DNA of 64,000 nt, taken from NCBI GenBank assembly GCA_001600695.1, contig BCKQ01000017.1:222629-286628 (forward strand), read 5' to 3'. The stretch is from Ascoidea asiatica JCM 7603 (lineage: Eukaryota; Fungi; Ascomycota). Both the position numbers and the translations under genes were made by a program. Within the stretch, counting starts at the first letter, position 1, and each line of letters begins with the position of its first letter. Below are positions 34,348 to 45,622 of the stretch, piece by piece. Below the pieces are notes generated by a model that saw nothing but the letters and a program-made list of their open reading frames with translations, was not told the DNA's origin and made no database searches.

Positions 34348-35229
34348 TTAATCTGCCTTATTTGCTGCTTCTATATCTTCTTCTTTCTTTCTAGCAAATT
34401 GAGGCATCATTAAAAGCTTTGGTACAACATATGCATTATCTTCATTTGCCATATTAACATAGGCAATAAATAAAGCTAGTATTGAAGCTATTATACCTAA
34501 AATACCAGCAGCTTGTAAGCATTCAGGTGACTCTGCAAATTTTCCAATGCAATTCAAAGTGAATAAAGAAGTAAGAATTAATAGTAAAGATACAAAATAT
34601 ACATTTCCTTTAAGAGCTACAAGCATCATCATAAAAGAAAATATAGCAAAACTTAAGTTATAAAACCCAATAGCATTTCGAAAATCAGCAGTATCAGAAC
34701 CACCATAAGAATCAGATACATTGAAGGACTTAGTATTAATTACAGCCCATCCCATCCAAAATCCACCATATGAAGCAAAAGTACAACAACCAATACCATC
34801 ACCAACAACAAAGCATAAAACTCCTGCTATTAATTGTATAAATCCTCCATAAAAATAAGCTAAACCAAGAACAATGCTATCTTCGCTTATACCTTTTGCT
34901 TTAGCGCTACATAAAGAAAATAGAAAAGTTGTTATTGCAAAAGAACATAACCCTAAAGGAGCTGGATTACCAAAGGTTTGCTTGTGAGATTCAACTGGTT
35001 TTGTTCCTGTCAATGTTTTCTCAATTGGAGCTGTGGATTTGAAATATGATTTTTTTTTAGATAAGCATAAAGTATGCAATAAATCATCCTTATTGACTTT
35101 AGTTTTACCTACATAGACAAAGTTTTCATAATTTTCATGCTCGGAATCACTTTCAGCATCATTTTCTTCTTGTATATCATGTACAATATTAGAGAAATCT
35201 AACATGTTTTGTTTTGGATAAAAAGACAT
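34348..35229 (-). CDS. Gpr1/Fun34/YaaH (ATO/Ady2) transporter family, paralogue B
   Basis: FGNPAPLGLCSFAITTF, FYGGFIQLIAG, SYGGFW; about 6 TM helices. Confidence 0.94.
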   Translation of the reverse strand: MSFYPKQNMLDFSNIVHDIQEENDAESDSEHENYENFVYVGKTKVNKDDLLHTLCLSKKKSYFKSTAPIEKTLTGTKPVESHKQTFGNPAPLGLCSFAITTFLFSLCSAKAKGISEDSIVLGLAYFYGGFIQLIAGVLCFVVGDGIGCCTFASYGGFWMGWAVINTKSFNVSDSYGGSDTADFRNAIGFYNLSFAIFSFMMMLVALKGNVYFVSLLLILTSLFTLNCIGKFAESPECLQAAGILGIIASILALFIAYVNMANEDNAYVVPKLLMMPQFARKKEEDIEAANKAD

Positions 35230-36825
35230 TATAAAAAGACAGGAAAAAAAATGAAAAAGATGAAATTAAATTGAACAATCTTTTGTGTTTATCATAACTA
35301 TTGTATTTAATGATTTGAGATAAATATAAATAAGAAAAATGATTATGAAGTGTTATGGAAATTTATTAGTTTTATATGATAAAAAAGTATTTTGCTATTT
35401 TAATTGTAACTTTGAATTGATGGAGAACTCAAAATTCACTTCCTTTCTAATATGGAAAGGAATTTTATATACCTGGGCACTACAAATTTATGCAGAAAAA
35501 AGTGTTCAGATTAATCTTTTATTTTTTGAAAAAAGATTTAAAGGTATAAACTGGATGAAAATTAATTTTTTATTTATTGTCATTTATTACCATCAACCCT
35601 TAAGTTCCGGAGAATTGAATAAAAAAAGTATAACATGGAACAGATCTCTTGTAAAACAAAAACCAAAAATTGTATAAAGGTGCTTTTGTATTATCTGCAT
35701 TCATTTTTTTTTGATGATTTATATTCAATAAAATGTACAAAAATCAAATTCCTGAGAACTACAAAAAAAGTCCTGCCATGGCAGACCTGATAGAAATTCT
35801 TCCGAGCCATTTTTTGAATAATTCATAGAATAAAAACTTTAATGGAAAATTTTCCCAGTGTAAATTATTTTCAATGGTGAAAATCTAGTGTCTTGCCTGC
35901 TTAACCACTGATTTCAGTAACTTTGAGTAACTTTCGAAGGTGTTTATATGGTGAGTCTTCACGCCGGTGCACGGCTGCACGACAGCCAGGCCTGGCTACG
36001 CGTATGGCTGAGCTCATTACCAGCCAGCTAAATAGGGTCTCGGAGTTTTCCTGACAAAAAAACACCCTCTATAATAGGATTTCAGCCACAGAAACACTTT
36101 TTAGGAAGCAGTAATTTGAAAAAAAAAAACCTTCAAATCCGGAAGCCATTCCTTGAGAATTTGACAGTTTTATTTCCGTTATAAATGATTAATGCTTTGA
36201 AAGAAAATATCTTTATTTATTTTTAATTTTTTTCTTTTGTAGCCAATTAAAGCCTGAGATATGAATTCGATATCGGTTCTTGTGCTTTGAGATTGAAATA
36301 GTAATATCTTCACTTAAATGTAATAATAATTTCTGCAATTCAACAAATCTCCTCTGAAATATTACGTTTGAAAGAATGCAAGATCTTATTAACGAGAAGC
36401 TTTTTAAAAAAGACAAAACTTATTTATTTTTACAGAGACCTCATGATGGAAACCACTTAAAATAATTTAGTTGTTCAATCCAAAAAAGCTACAATAATAT
36501 TATTTATTGATTCAAGAAGCAGAGTATTCAACCAATTTGTTTTTTATTGTCACCCCATGTTACTTCATTATTGGGATCATTATTAAGTGTTTCTTTCTTT
36601 AGCAACTATTGGTTTCCGTACCATAAAGGTAATTTGAGGTTTGAGTATTAAATTGCTGAAAAATTATGTATTATTATCGTTTAATATTTGAATCAAAAGT
36701 TTGTTTATACAATCTTTTTTGCAATAAATTATCTTAAAGAAAGGACTATCATATGGAACCAATAAAGTATAAACCTCATCTGTAATGAAATAAATATGTG
36801 AATATGGTTATCAGTTAAACTAATT

Positions 36826-38768
36826 CTACTCCATGATTCCTTCTAATAAATTATCAATCATTTCAACAGTCTCAGATTTTGCATCTTCAGAAAGCTCAGT
36901 ATCTTTGATTAACTCTCCTTTGTATTCATTCAATTCTTCTTTGACATCCTTATATATTTCTGTTTTGTATCCTGATTCAATCAAAATCTCTTTTACTTTA
37001 TTCTTTACTTCGTTTGCTTCATTTGAAAGCCAGCATAAAATCAAATCTATTTCTTGGACAATATCTAATCCCATATCAATCTTAGCCAAATATAAAAATT
37101 CATTTGTAATTTCGTTAGAGTTTATATTTTTGATTTTGTTTGTGTAATGACTTCTAGTTTTTAACAATAATTCCAATTTAGGACGGCTTAAAAAGCATAA
37201 TTTATTCACCAAACGTATTCTTTCCTCAGCTTCAAAAGGTAAATTTGTAAAAATACTATTTATTATTCCAATTGATCTTTTGATTGATTTTCTAGACTTA
37301 TTAAACTTGAATAAATATTTTAAAATTCCATTTTTGATAATGTCAATGGAAATTTCACATAAAATAGTCTCATTTTCTTTTTTATCTAAAGTAGGAAGTA
37401 AGACATTCGAGAATGTCTCAAAAACAGCTTCATTTGCCCATTTAATAGCCTTTTTATTATTACATTTGGTATAATTATCTAGCATTATAATTAATAATCT
37501 TGTTCCTTCATTTTTTAAAAACAATATTTTGGAATTTGTTATTGTTTTGGACAACAAAGATAAAATGTTCAATATATTTTCCAAATATTCATTAAATTCT
37601 ATATTTTTTTGCTCTTCTATCCAATTTTTTGGTTTTTTGACTTTTGATAAACATTGTAAAATTAAGTCAATTATATCGTTCACTTTATCTTTAAAATGCT
37701 TATTAATAATTCCATTAAGAGTTTCAAAAAATTGATCAAATAGTTTAATTTTTAGCTTAGTATCATGTATGAAGTAAGTTTGCAATAACAAATTGAATAA
37801 AAATTCGGCCACAAATTGATTAAGAAATGAAAACTTTTCAGACTTATTATGCTTGAAGTTTAGATGTATTATTAGATATTTCATTAAAGTTTCATTTTTT
37901 AATAGTAGGGAATTACAATTAATTGCTTCTTCTTTTAATGAAGGATGAGACTCATAAATTGATAAGTTACTTATTAATTTTAATAATATATTTGAAGACA
38001 AAGTTTTAAGTTCCAAGTTATTCATATAGTCAGAATCATCATTATCTAAATATTCTAATAAATCGATTAATTGTTCAACAAAATTCAAATCTTTAATTAA
38101 TTTCAGCAAAAATTTTAGTTCAAGTACTTTATTAGAATATAAACTTTCATTATCTTTTTCAATATTTTCTTCATTATCATCAATTAAATCATTAAGTATA
38201 TTCAAGATTTGAAATTTTATATCAAAATTAGGATGATTTTTCAAAAGATATATTAGGTTAAATAAAGAATTTTCATTTTTTTTTTGTACTTTTAAAAATT
38301 CAGCAAAAAGAAATTTAGAAAAAGATAAATTTGAAAAAACTTTAATGAGATTATTTAAAATTTCTTCACTTTTTAAAAATTTTGTAGGAGCATTTTTATA
38401 TTTAATTCTTAAATCATTATTAATTTGAATAATTTTAATTAATTTGGAAGATAAATTTTGAAACCAATTTAAATCTAAATTAGAATTATCAATATAAAAA
38501 TTGATCGATTTATTATCAAAAATAATTTCCCATTGAGTTTGACTATTAAGATTTTCTTGCTCTTCAATGAATGATAACACTTTTTTTCTTTTTAAAGAAT
38601 TTTCAGTCTCAATAATAAGATCTTTTTGTTCTAAAGATCTTTTTTGATTTTTTTTAGGCTATATTTTTTCAAATAAAAATACATAGATAATTAGTTAGTA
38701 AACAGTGCACGATAATGAGGAAAAAAGAAAATTATGAAAGTATAAAGAGTCTTACTCAAACATACCAT
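36826..38768 (-). CDS. Beta-catenin-like protein 1 (CTNNBL1, Prp19/CDC5L-associated ARM protein) homologue; exons 38768-38766 (ATG) and 38658-36826
   Basis: NNDLRIKYKNAPTKFLKSE, HPNFDI and LYLAKIDMGLDIVQEIDLILCWL resemble CTNNBL1 motifs; the ORF-track start is GTG, but ATG|GTATGT...TACTAAC...TAG|CCT supplies an in-frame ATG. Confidence 0.8.
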
Positions 38769-39327
38769 ATTGAAATTTATTAGTCAAATAAGTATATATC
38801 AATCTTAAAGGGTATGATTGAAAAAAAAATTTACCAACCAATTTTTAATAGAAATAATTATACAGAAGGTTATATCTCATTACAGTAAAGTTAATTTTTT
38901 TTACTTTAAATTAAATGTTTATTTTTCAATTTTTATTTATATAAAGTATTAGAATTTCTGTAAACAGCAAGCATCCAGCATCCATTGTTAATACATCCTT
39001 TTTCATAATTTTTTTTTTTTGATTTTAATATATTTCAATTGATAACTACAAATAATTAAAATAGGAAAGATGTATTGGATGGATTCAATGAAAGAAAACT
39101 GACTGATTACATAAATTGCAAATTAAAAACACAGACAAATTTATTTTATGAAAAAGAGTAAGCAATTGACTATTAAAAGAAACAGGAGAAAACATAATGA
39201 AATGATTAAAATTATTGAAAAGAAGAAATTAAAACAAAAGAAAAAAGCAGAAAGGAAATAAATGAAAAAATACAGTAAAATAATTGATAATTATTAGGAA
39301 TAAAACAAAGGTGTTAAAAGAAAGGTC

Positions 39328-39766
39328 TTAGAAAATAGCATCTAAAGCACAACAAGCACATAAAGCAGCTAAACAACCTAACATACATGAATCACCCCCA
39401 GAACCTTTAGCTGGTTGTTGTTGAACATATATTGGTTGAGGTTGATTATAATAGCCTTGCTGTTGAGGAGGATAACCTTGCTGCTGTTGTTGATAGCCTT
39501 GTTGATAACCTCCTTGTTGATAACCCTGTGGAGGACCATAATTGCCTTGACCAAACCCTCTAGATTGATCACCATATTGAGCAGGAGGAACACCTTGTGG
39601 GGGTTGATAAGACTGTTCATTCTGGTTATAATAAGAAGAAGCAGCACCAGTTGGAGGTGCACCTTGTGGACGCTTTAACATTAGTTTTGTTAGTTCATTG
39701 TTGAAATAAAATTAGTACAAAATGATAAATTGTATTCAAAGTACTTACATTATATTTTTCAGACAT
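39328..39766 (-). CDS. CYSTM-domain tail-anchored Pro/Gln/Tyr-rich stress protein; exons 39766-39749 and 39672-39328
   Basis: PPQGY/QQGY repeats and C-terminal CMLGCLAALCACCALDAIF; exon 1 MSEKYN, intron GTAAGT...CTAAC...AAG is in phase. Confidence 0.88.
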
Positions 39767-41244
39767 TTAGGATATGTGTGTGATTAGAATATGAAAAAAC
39801 CTGTTTGAATTGAAAATTAAAGAATACAAATCACTGATTATGAAATGCTTTTGGTATAAAATAGTTTTGTGACTCAAGCAAAACGATTGCAAAAAGTATT
39901 TCTTCCCTCAAACGAAAGCCAGAAATGCAGGTTTATATTCGATTTTCCTCAGCGTCCAAAAGATGGAGACAATGCCAGTGCAGCAGCTACCGTAGTCACT
40001 CCAATGACACACTGTCACTCTCTGCCACCCAATACAATCAAAGCCACTTTATCCAGGCAGAAAAGCAGAAATGTTTGCCAAACTGTCTCGTTTGTAAATA
40101 CAAGCACATGTCTTTTATATTTCATTTAACCCCAAAAGAGCTTGAATCCCAAACGCTATTTGCTTAAGCTATTGATTATTACCCTCCTCTAAATTAGACA
40201 TTTTAAAATTTGAATTTGACTAAAAATTATTTGATTTACTATACTATTGGATTGAATTTTAATATTAACATATACAGTGATATCTATTCATTATAACTAA
40301 CTATTAACTTATTTTGATATTTGCAGATTTTCGTCAAATTACACAAAAACATTAGCTGTGTCATACAAACGGCACACAAACACACTTTCGAAATTTGTGG
40401 TGTGTTGACAAATTTGAGCTTATTAAGAATTTTTTACTTTTGTACAACAATGCGGAACTTGATTCATGTATAATAAATCTTTTTGTAATTATTACAAAGT
40501 TCTTGAACATTATCATTTTGCCCTTGGAAGTTTGCCACGGTAGCAAATATCCAGTAGTATTACCCGTGATGCTAGGTTGAGCTCAAGTTTCTTCCGCGAA
40601 TTGGTAATGCGGACCAATGAGTCAGACTTTTACTGGTTAATCTAGGTTCTACACACGGAGCAGCAGGTTTTTGGTAATTATTACCAAAAAACTTAGGTTT
40701 ATATTCTAGCACCCAAATCATTATCACTTTATGAACACCTTGCATATTCAACATAAGCAGACCAAATCACACATCCGACAATCCCTTAATCTCTTTTTTA
40801 AGGGGATGCTACAAAGGTGGCGGAAAAGTAAACATCATGAACGACAATAAAAAATCATTCACACATACCGAGCCTCTACTTTTTCCATTATGGGAGCCAG
40901 ATTGGCAACTTTTAAAATAAATGTGGCTCAGCATAAATGCAGCTTCATGTGCAATTCTAGTATAGGCACACTGAAGTCCTAGCAGCAGAGCTGTACAGTG
41001 AAAAGCGTGTTGCGCTCTACCGTCCCTGTGGGTCCTATCCCTGCCTCTGTTTGAGTGTGGGTGAGTTTGCTGCTAGGTATCAATATATCACTCAACGTTA
41101 ACCTTTATTTTTTGTTGTTATTTTTATTTCCATTTCACTTTTGAATGTTTATTTATTTGAATTTATTATTTCTTTTTGGTTTTGACTTTATTTCAAGACT
41201 CTCTTTTTTGGTTTGTTTTCTTCGTTGGTTTTCTCATAAAAGTT

Positions 41245-42440
41245 ATGCAAGATTTAGTATTTATTCGCTCTTTCTCTTTGCTAATTCCTTCTTCCAATAC
41301 TTCTTCAGATACTTCTTCAGATTTTAATGAGATTAAAGATATACAATTTTTTTCAAATTCAATTTCACATAATTCACATAATTCAAATTCTTTAATAAAT
41401 GATGTTTTACTAACAAATCAAATAACTGAGCTTAAATTCATTTCTATATTGAAAACTGATATAATTTCTCCAATATGGTTTATGGATTCAAAAACATTTT
41501 CCAAAAAAACTAATTCAACTAAAAATTCTGATCCAACTTTTAATATTTATACAAATAATTTAAATACTTTTAAATTTTTTGAGAAAATATTATTAAATTC
41601 AAAAGATTTTAAAAATGGTTTAAGTTCCTTTTCAATTTTAACAAAATTAGAAATTAATAATCAAAATTTATTATTTAAAAAGAAAAATCTTTTTTTTTTA
41701 TTCTATTTTCAACTTTTAAATTTTAATAATGATAATATTCCAATTGTAAAAGTTATAAATATATCACTAAACGATTCTTTAAAGTCTTTAGCTATAAATT
41801 TTAATGATTCAATTCTTGTAAACTCTTCAAATGATAAAGTTGATATTAATAATATTAATAATATAAATAATATTACTGATGATAATAATCAATTGAAAAA
41901 TATTTCTAAAATTCATGAAAAGAACAATAATACTTTAGAAAAATATATTTTAAAAAAAAAAAATAAATCAAATATTTCTTCCTATCTACAATCTAATAAC
42001 TTACTTTCTGCATTAAATCATGAAAAGGATATAATTTTAAATAATAATTCTTTTATTAATGAATCAAATAATAATTTAAAATCTTCAGTGTCTTCAATAT
42101 CCTCATCTTTATCTTTGATTCAATCAAAAATCAAAAGTGATATTCAAAGAGCAATTCTTTTAGGTTTAAGAATAAGAAATATAAATAAAAATAATCCTGA
42201 ATATACTCAAATTTATACTCAAACTTATAAGTCAACTAAATTTTCATTAGTAAGTTATTCTCTTTTTTTCTTGATTTTAAAATATTTCAATTTCATTAAT
42301 ACTAATTTTTAAATTTTTTTTTTGTTTTTCAGAGACATTTATTTATTCAAAATCATAAAAATAATTCAAAAATTGAAAGGCCTTCAATTGAATCAATCCA
42401 ATCAATTATTGAAACGTTATTAAATCTTTATTGTCCTTAA
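41245..42440 (+). CDS. SLD7: Sld7-like DNA replication factor; exons 41245-42249 and 42333-42440
   Basis: IKDIQFF near the N-terminus; C-terminal IQRAILLGLRIRNI...EYTQIYTQTYKSTKFSL|RH...IQSIIETLLNLYCP resembles the Sld7 C-terminal domain once intron GTAAGT...TACTAAT...TTTCAG is removed. Confidence 0.72.
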
Positions 42441-42588
42441 TATTATTCAATGTATATTATTAATATTTCTTTTCATTTTTTTCAAATTCTTATATTTACT
42501 AATTTAAGTTCAGATTGTATTATAATTCATTATTCTATTACATATATAATATATAACAAATAACATATAACATATAATATCTAATATA

Positions 42589-43851
42589 TTAAAGAAGAAA
42601 AAACATTATTGCCATTTGAACAAGAAATGAATAACAAAATAAAAAATAAATTCTTCTTTGTCTTTGTTTTTGTTGAATTGTTTGAGCAGTATTATTTAAA
42701 ACTCCATTACCTAAAAAGATATATCTTAAGGATCTCATTAAAAAAAATTCAAAAGAAAAATTTAAAATAAATAAAATTGAGTAATAAATTAAATTTTTTA
42801 ATGAAAAAATTGAATTTAAAGTTATAAAAACAGAATTTTTTAATAATAAAATTATTATTAAAGGTATAAATTTATAATTTGAATAACAAATTAAATCTAA
42901 AGATTTTGATTCTGTATTTAATAAATAAAGAAATAATTTTAATATTAAAAAATCAATTATTTGAACAATTAAAATTTTTGTTGAAGTATAACCAAATAAT
43001 TCAGGATGAAAAGTACCAGATAAACCACTTAAAGTAGCTAATAAAAAAATATAAGTTGTATAACCCATTATTGGTAAATATAAATCAGGAGCATTTAAAT
43101 CAATTATTGAAGGAGAATAAGTATCAATTTTATTCCCTTTTGAATCAATTGATTGATAACTTTGTCTTAACCAAGATTTATTTTTATAAGGAAATAAAAT
43201 TAATAAAATTTTTTTTAAAACATATTGATTTGAAACTTTAAAATAATATTTTAAATCATCAGAAGTTTGAGAATTTAAATTTAAATTAAGATAATTTTTA
43301 AAATTATTATCTAAATAAGATTTACCAGCCATCATTGCAGATTCATTTATAAATTGATTACCAAATAAATTTGGAAATTGAGGAATTGAATTTGGATTAT
43401 TCTGATTATTTAAATTATTTTGATTAATTGGAATTGAATTTGAATTAATATTACCATTTAAATTTGAATTTATTGATGGAATTTGATTTGGAATACCATT
43501 TTGAATATTATTTGTGAAATTAGATATTCCAGAATATGATTGATTTTGTTGAGGAATATTATTGGAAGGAATTTGATTATTAATTGGAATATTCATATTC
43601 ACATTCATATTTGAAGATAAATAATTTGGGTTTTGTTGATTCATATATGAATTAGGTCGAGACTGAGACTGAGACTGAGACTGAGATTGAGTTTGTTGAT
43701 TTTGATTTTGATTTTGATTTTGATTTAAAGACTGAGACTGATAACCAGATTTTGACCTTTGATGAGATTGTTGCTGAGTTTGATTCATTAAAATACTCGA
43801 AGTTGGGTGAGTTGGTTGAGGATGATAAATATTGTTTGTATTGTTATACAT
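42589..43851 (-). CDS. YIF1: ER-Golgi transport protein Yif1
   Basis: LKYYFKVSNQYVLKKILLILFPY, DLNAPDLYLPIMGYTTY, 5 C-terminal TM helices; Q/N-rich N-terminus. Confidence 0.93.
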   Translation of the reverse strand: MYNNTNNIYHPQPTHPTSSILMNQTQQQSHQRSKSGYQSQSLNQNQNQNQNQQTQSQSQSQSQSRPNSYMNQQNPNYLSSNMNVNMNIPINNQIPSNNIPQQNQSYSGISNFTNNIQNGIPNQIPSINSNLNGNINSNSIPINQNNLNNQNNPNSIPQFPNLFGNQFINESAMMAGKSYLDNNFKNYLNLNLNSQTSDDLKYYFKVSNQYVLKKILLILFPYKNKSWLRQSYQSIDSKGNKIDTYSPSIIDLNAPDLYLPIMGYTTYIFLLATLSGLSGTFHPELFGYTSTKILIVQIIDFLILKLFLYLLNTESKSLDLICYSNYKFIPLIIILLLKNSVFITLNSIFSLKNLIYYSILFILNFSFEFFLMRSLRYIFLGNGVLNNTAQTIQQKQRQRRIYFLFCYSFLVQMAIMFFLL

Positions 43852-44353
43852 AATTTTGATTTATAAAATCAGCGTTTTATTCTTTATATAATGAATTCAA
43901 GAAAGACAATGAACGACTTTTAGATCTAGTTAAAAAGAGAAAATGACCTGTCTATTGAGTAACACAGTAAACTAAACTAGAGAAACAAACTTGTAGTAAT
44001 TGTCATTAACCTGGATGATTTGAGATTGAATTGAATAAATACAGTGACTGTAGCATTAAAATTATAAAAGAAGGTATAAATGGAGGTGAATGTTTTCTTG
44101 TTTATCTTGTTCCAGCACTCTCCCACAGTTAACGCTGCCGGTTTCAATTAAGATAAACGTCACATCTAACACCACATCCGGAAAAGCAAACCCAGCCGCG
44201 GAACAATATCCACAGTACACACTGAACTTTTCCGGATTGGTGTTTCCCAACTCAAAATGCCCCGAGAACTCACGTGAACATACTCCAATAAAACCATGTC
44301 AGAATAGAAGTTACCCTCTTAAAAAACACTAGCCACACTCTGTTTAAATTGTT

Positions 44354-44447
44354 GGCACTATGGCCGAGTGGTTAAGGCGAAAGACTTGAATCCACTTCAA
44401 GGCATCTTTTGGGATTTCCCGCGCAGGTTCAAGTCCTGCTGGTGTCG
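44354..44447 (+). tRNA. tRNA-Ser(UGA) with 13-nt intron (44391-44403)
   Basis: GGCACTA/TGGTGTC acceptor stem, A box TGGCCGAGTGG, anticodon stem AAAGA/TCTTT around CT-TGA-A, long variable arm GGGA-TT-TCCC, B box GGTTCAAGTCC, G73. Confidence 0.96.
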
Positions 44448-44458
44448 TTTTTTTTTTT
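44448..44458 (+). terminator. Pol III oligo-dT terminator of tRNA-Ser
   Basis: T11 run immediately after the tRNA. Confidence 0.9.
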
Positions 44459-45622
44459 GATTGATTGATATTTTCTTTAATTTAATAGCTGCAATAGAAT
44501 TGAAAATAAACTCTTCTTTTGAAAGGGTTCTAAAATTTGTTCTTTGAATCACTGGTTTAATCACATCTTTTATTTATGAATGTTTCTAAAGTAAAATAAT
44601 TTTGAAAAAATATAAAAAAGTTGAAATTTAAACTAAATAAAATAAAATAAAATAAAATAAATAAATAAATAAATATATAAATAGATAAAATAAATAAACT
44701 GAATGTCAAACAAATTGAACGAAATATTAAATAGAAAGTTAGGTTAGCTTCAATTATAAAAATTAACAAAAAAAATTCAACAAATAATGAAAAGAAAAGC
44801 CAATTAAAAATTAAAAGTAAAACTTTTCGAAAAATATAAATTTTGGAAATGAAATTAAAAATGGTTAAATATTTTTCAGTAAAGAATAAAATTATTTTTA
44901 CATTAATTACTTTTTTTACCACCAATACTTTTTTTATCTTTTATCCCAGCATTCAAAAATCTTAATAATAGTACTAATATTTATGATAAATATATATAAG
45001 ATGCATATAGGAATAGGATAGAATTATTGATAGTAGCAGTGGTATTAACAGCAATTATAATAGTAATAGATTATAATAGTAATAGATTATAATGATTAAT
45101 AGTAGTAAAAATAGTAATAGTATTAGACCCTTGTCGTAACCCTGACAACAACAGTAACAATAGAAGCAACAGTGGTGGTGATGATAATAATGATGGCAAT
45201 GATAATAACAATAAGGATAATGATGTTTATAATGATAAGGATAAATGCACTGTCTGAGATAAAAAATAATAGAAGGTCAATTTGAAGGAAAACGTTAACT
45301 GAAATGAATAAATCAACAAATAAACAGATAAACAGATAAACAAATAAGCAGATAAACAATTAAAAAGATGAATAGATAAATAGATAAAGTGATATAGAAA
45401 TAAATAGTGAGAGAGAGATAAATATAAAAAAAAAAAACATGAACATAAACATAACTATAAACACAAATATAACTATTATTATTATTGTTATTATTATTAT
45501 TTCTAAATGAGCTAGGAAATAATAAAATTTAAACCTTTATAGAATTTCCTCTATTGCTAAATGTATTAGCCAGCTTTTTGAACTAAATTTAATCAAATAA
45601 ACTTGAGTGAGATCAAGTTAAA

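Noticed and set aside
38578-38580. GTG/TTG starts given by the ORF track (38580, 41176, 54558, 59875)
   Set aside because: Nearby in-frame or spliced ATGs explain each gene
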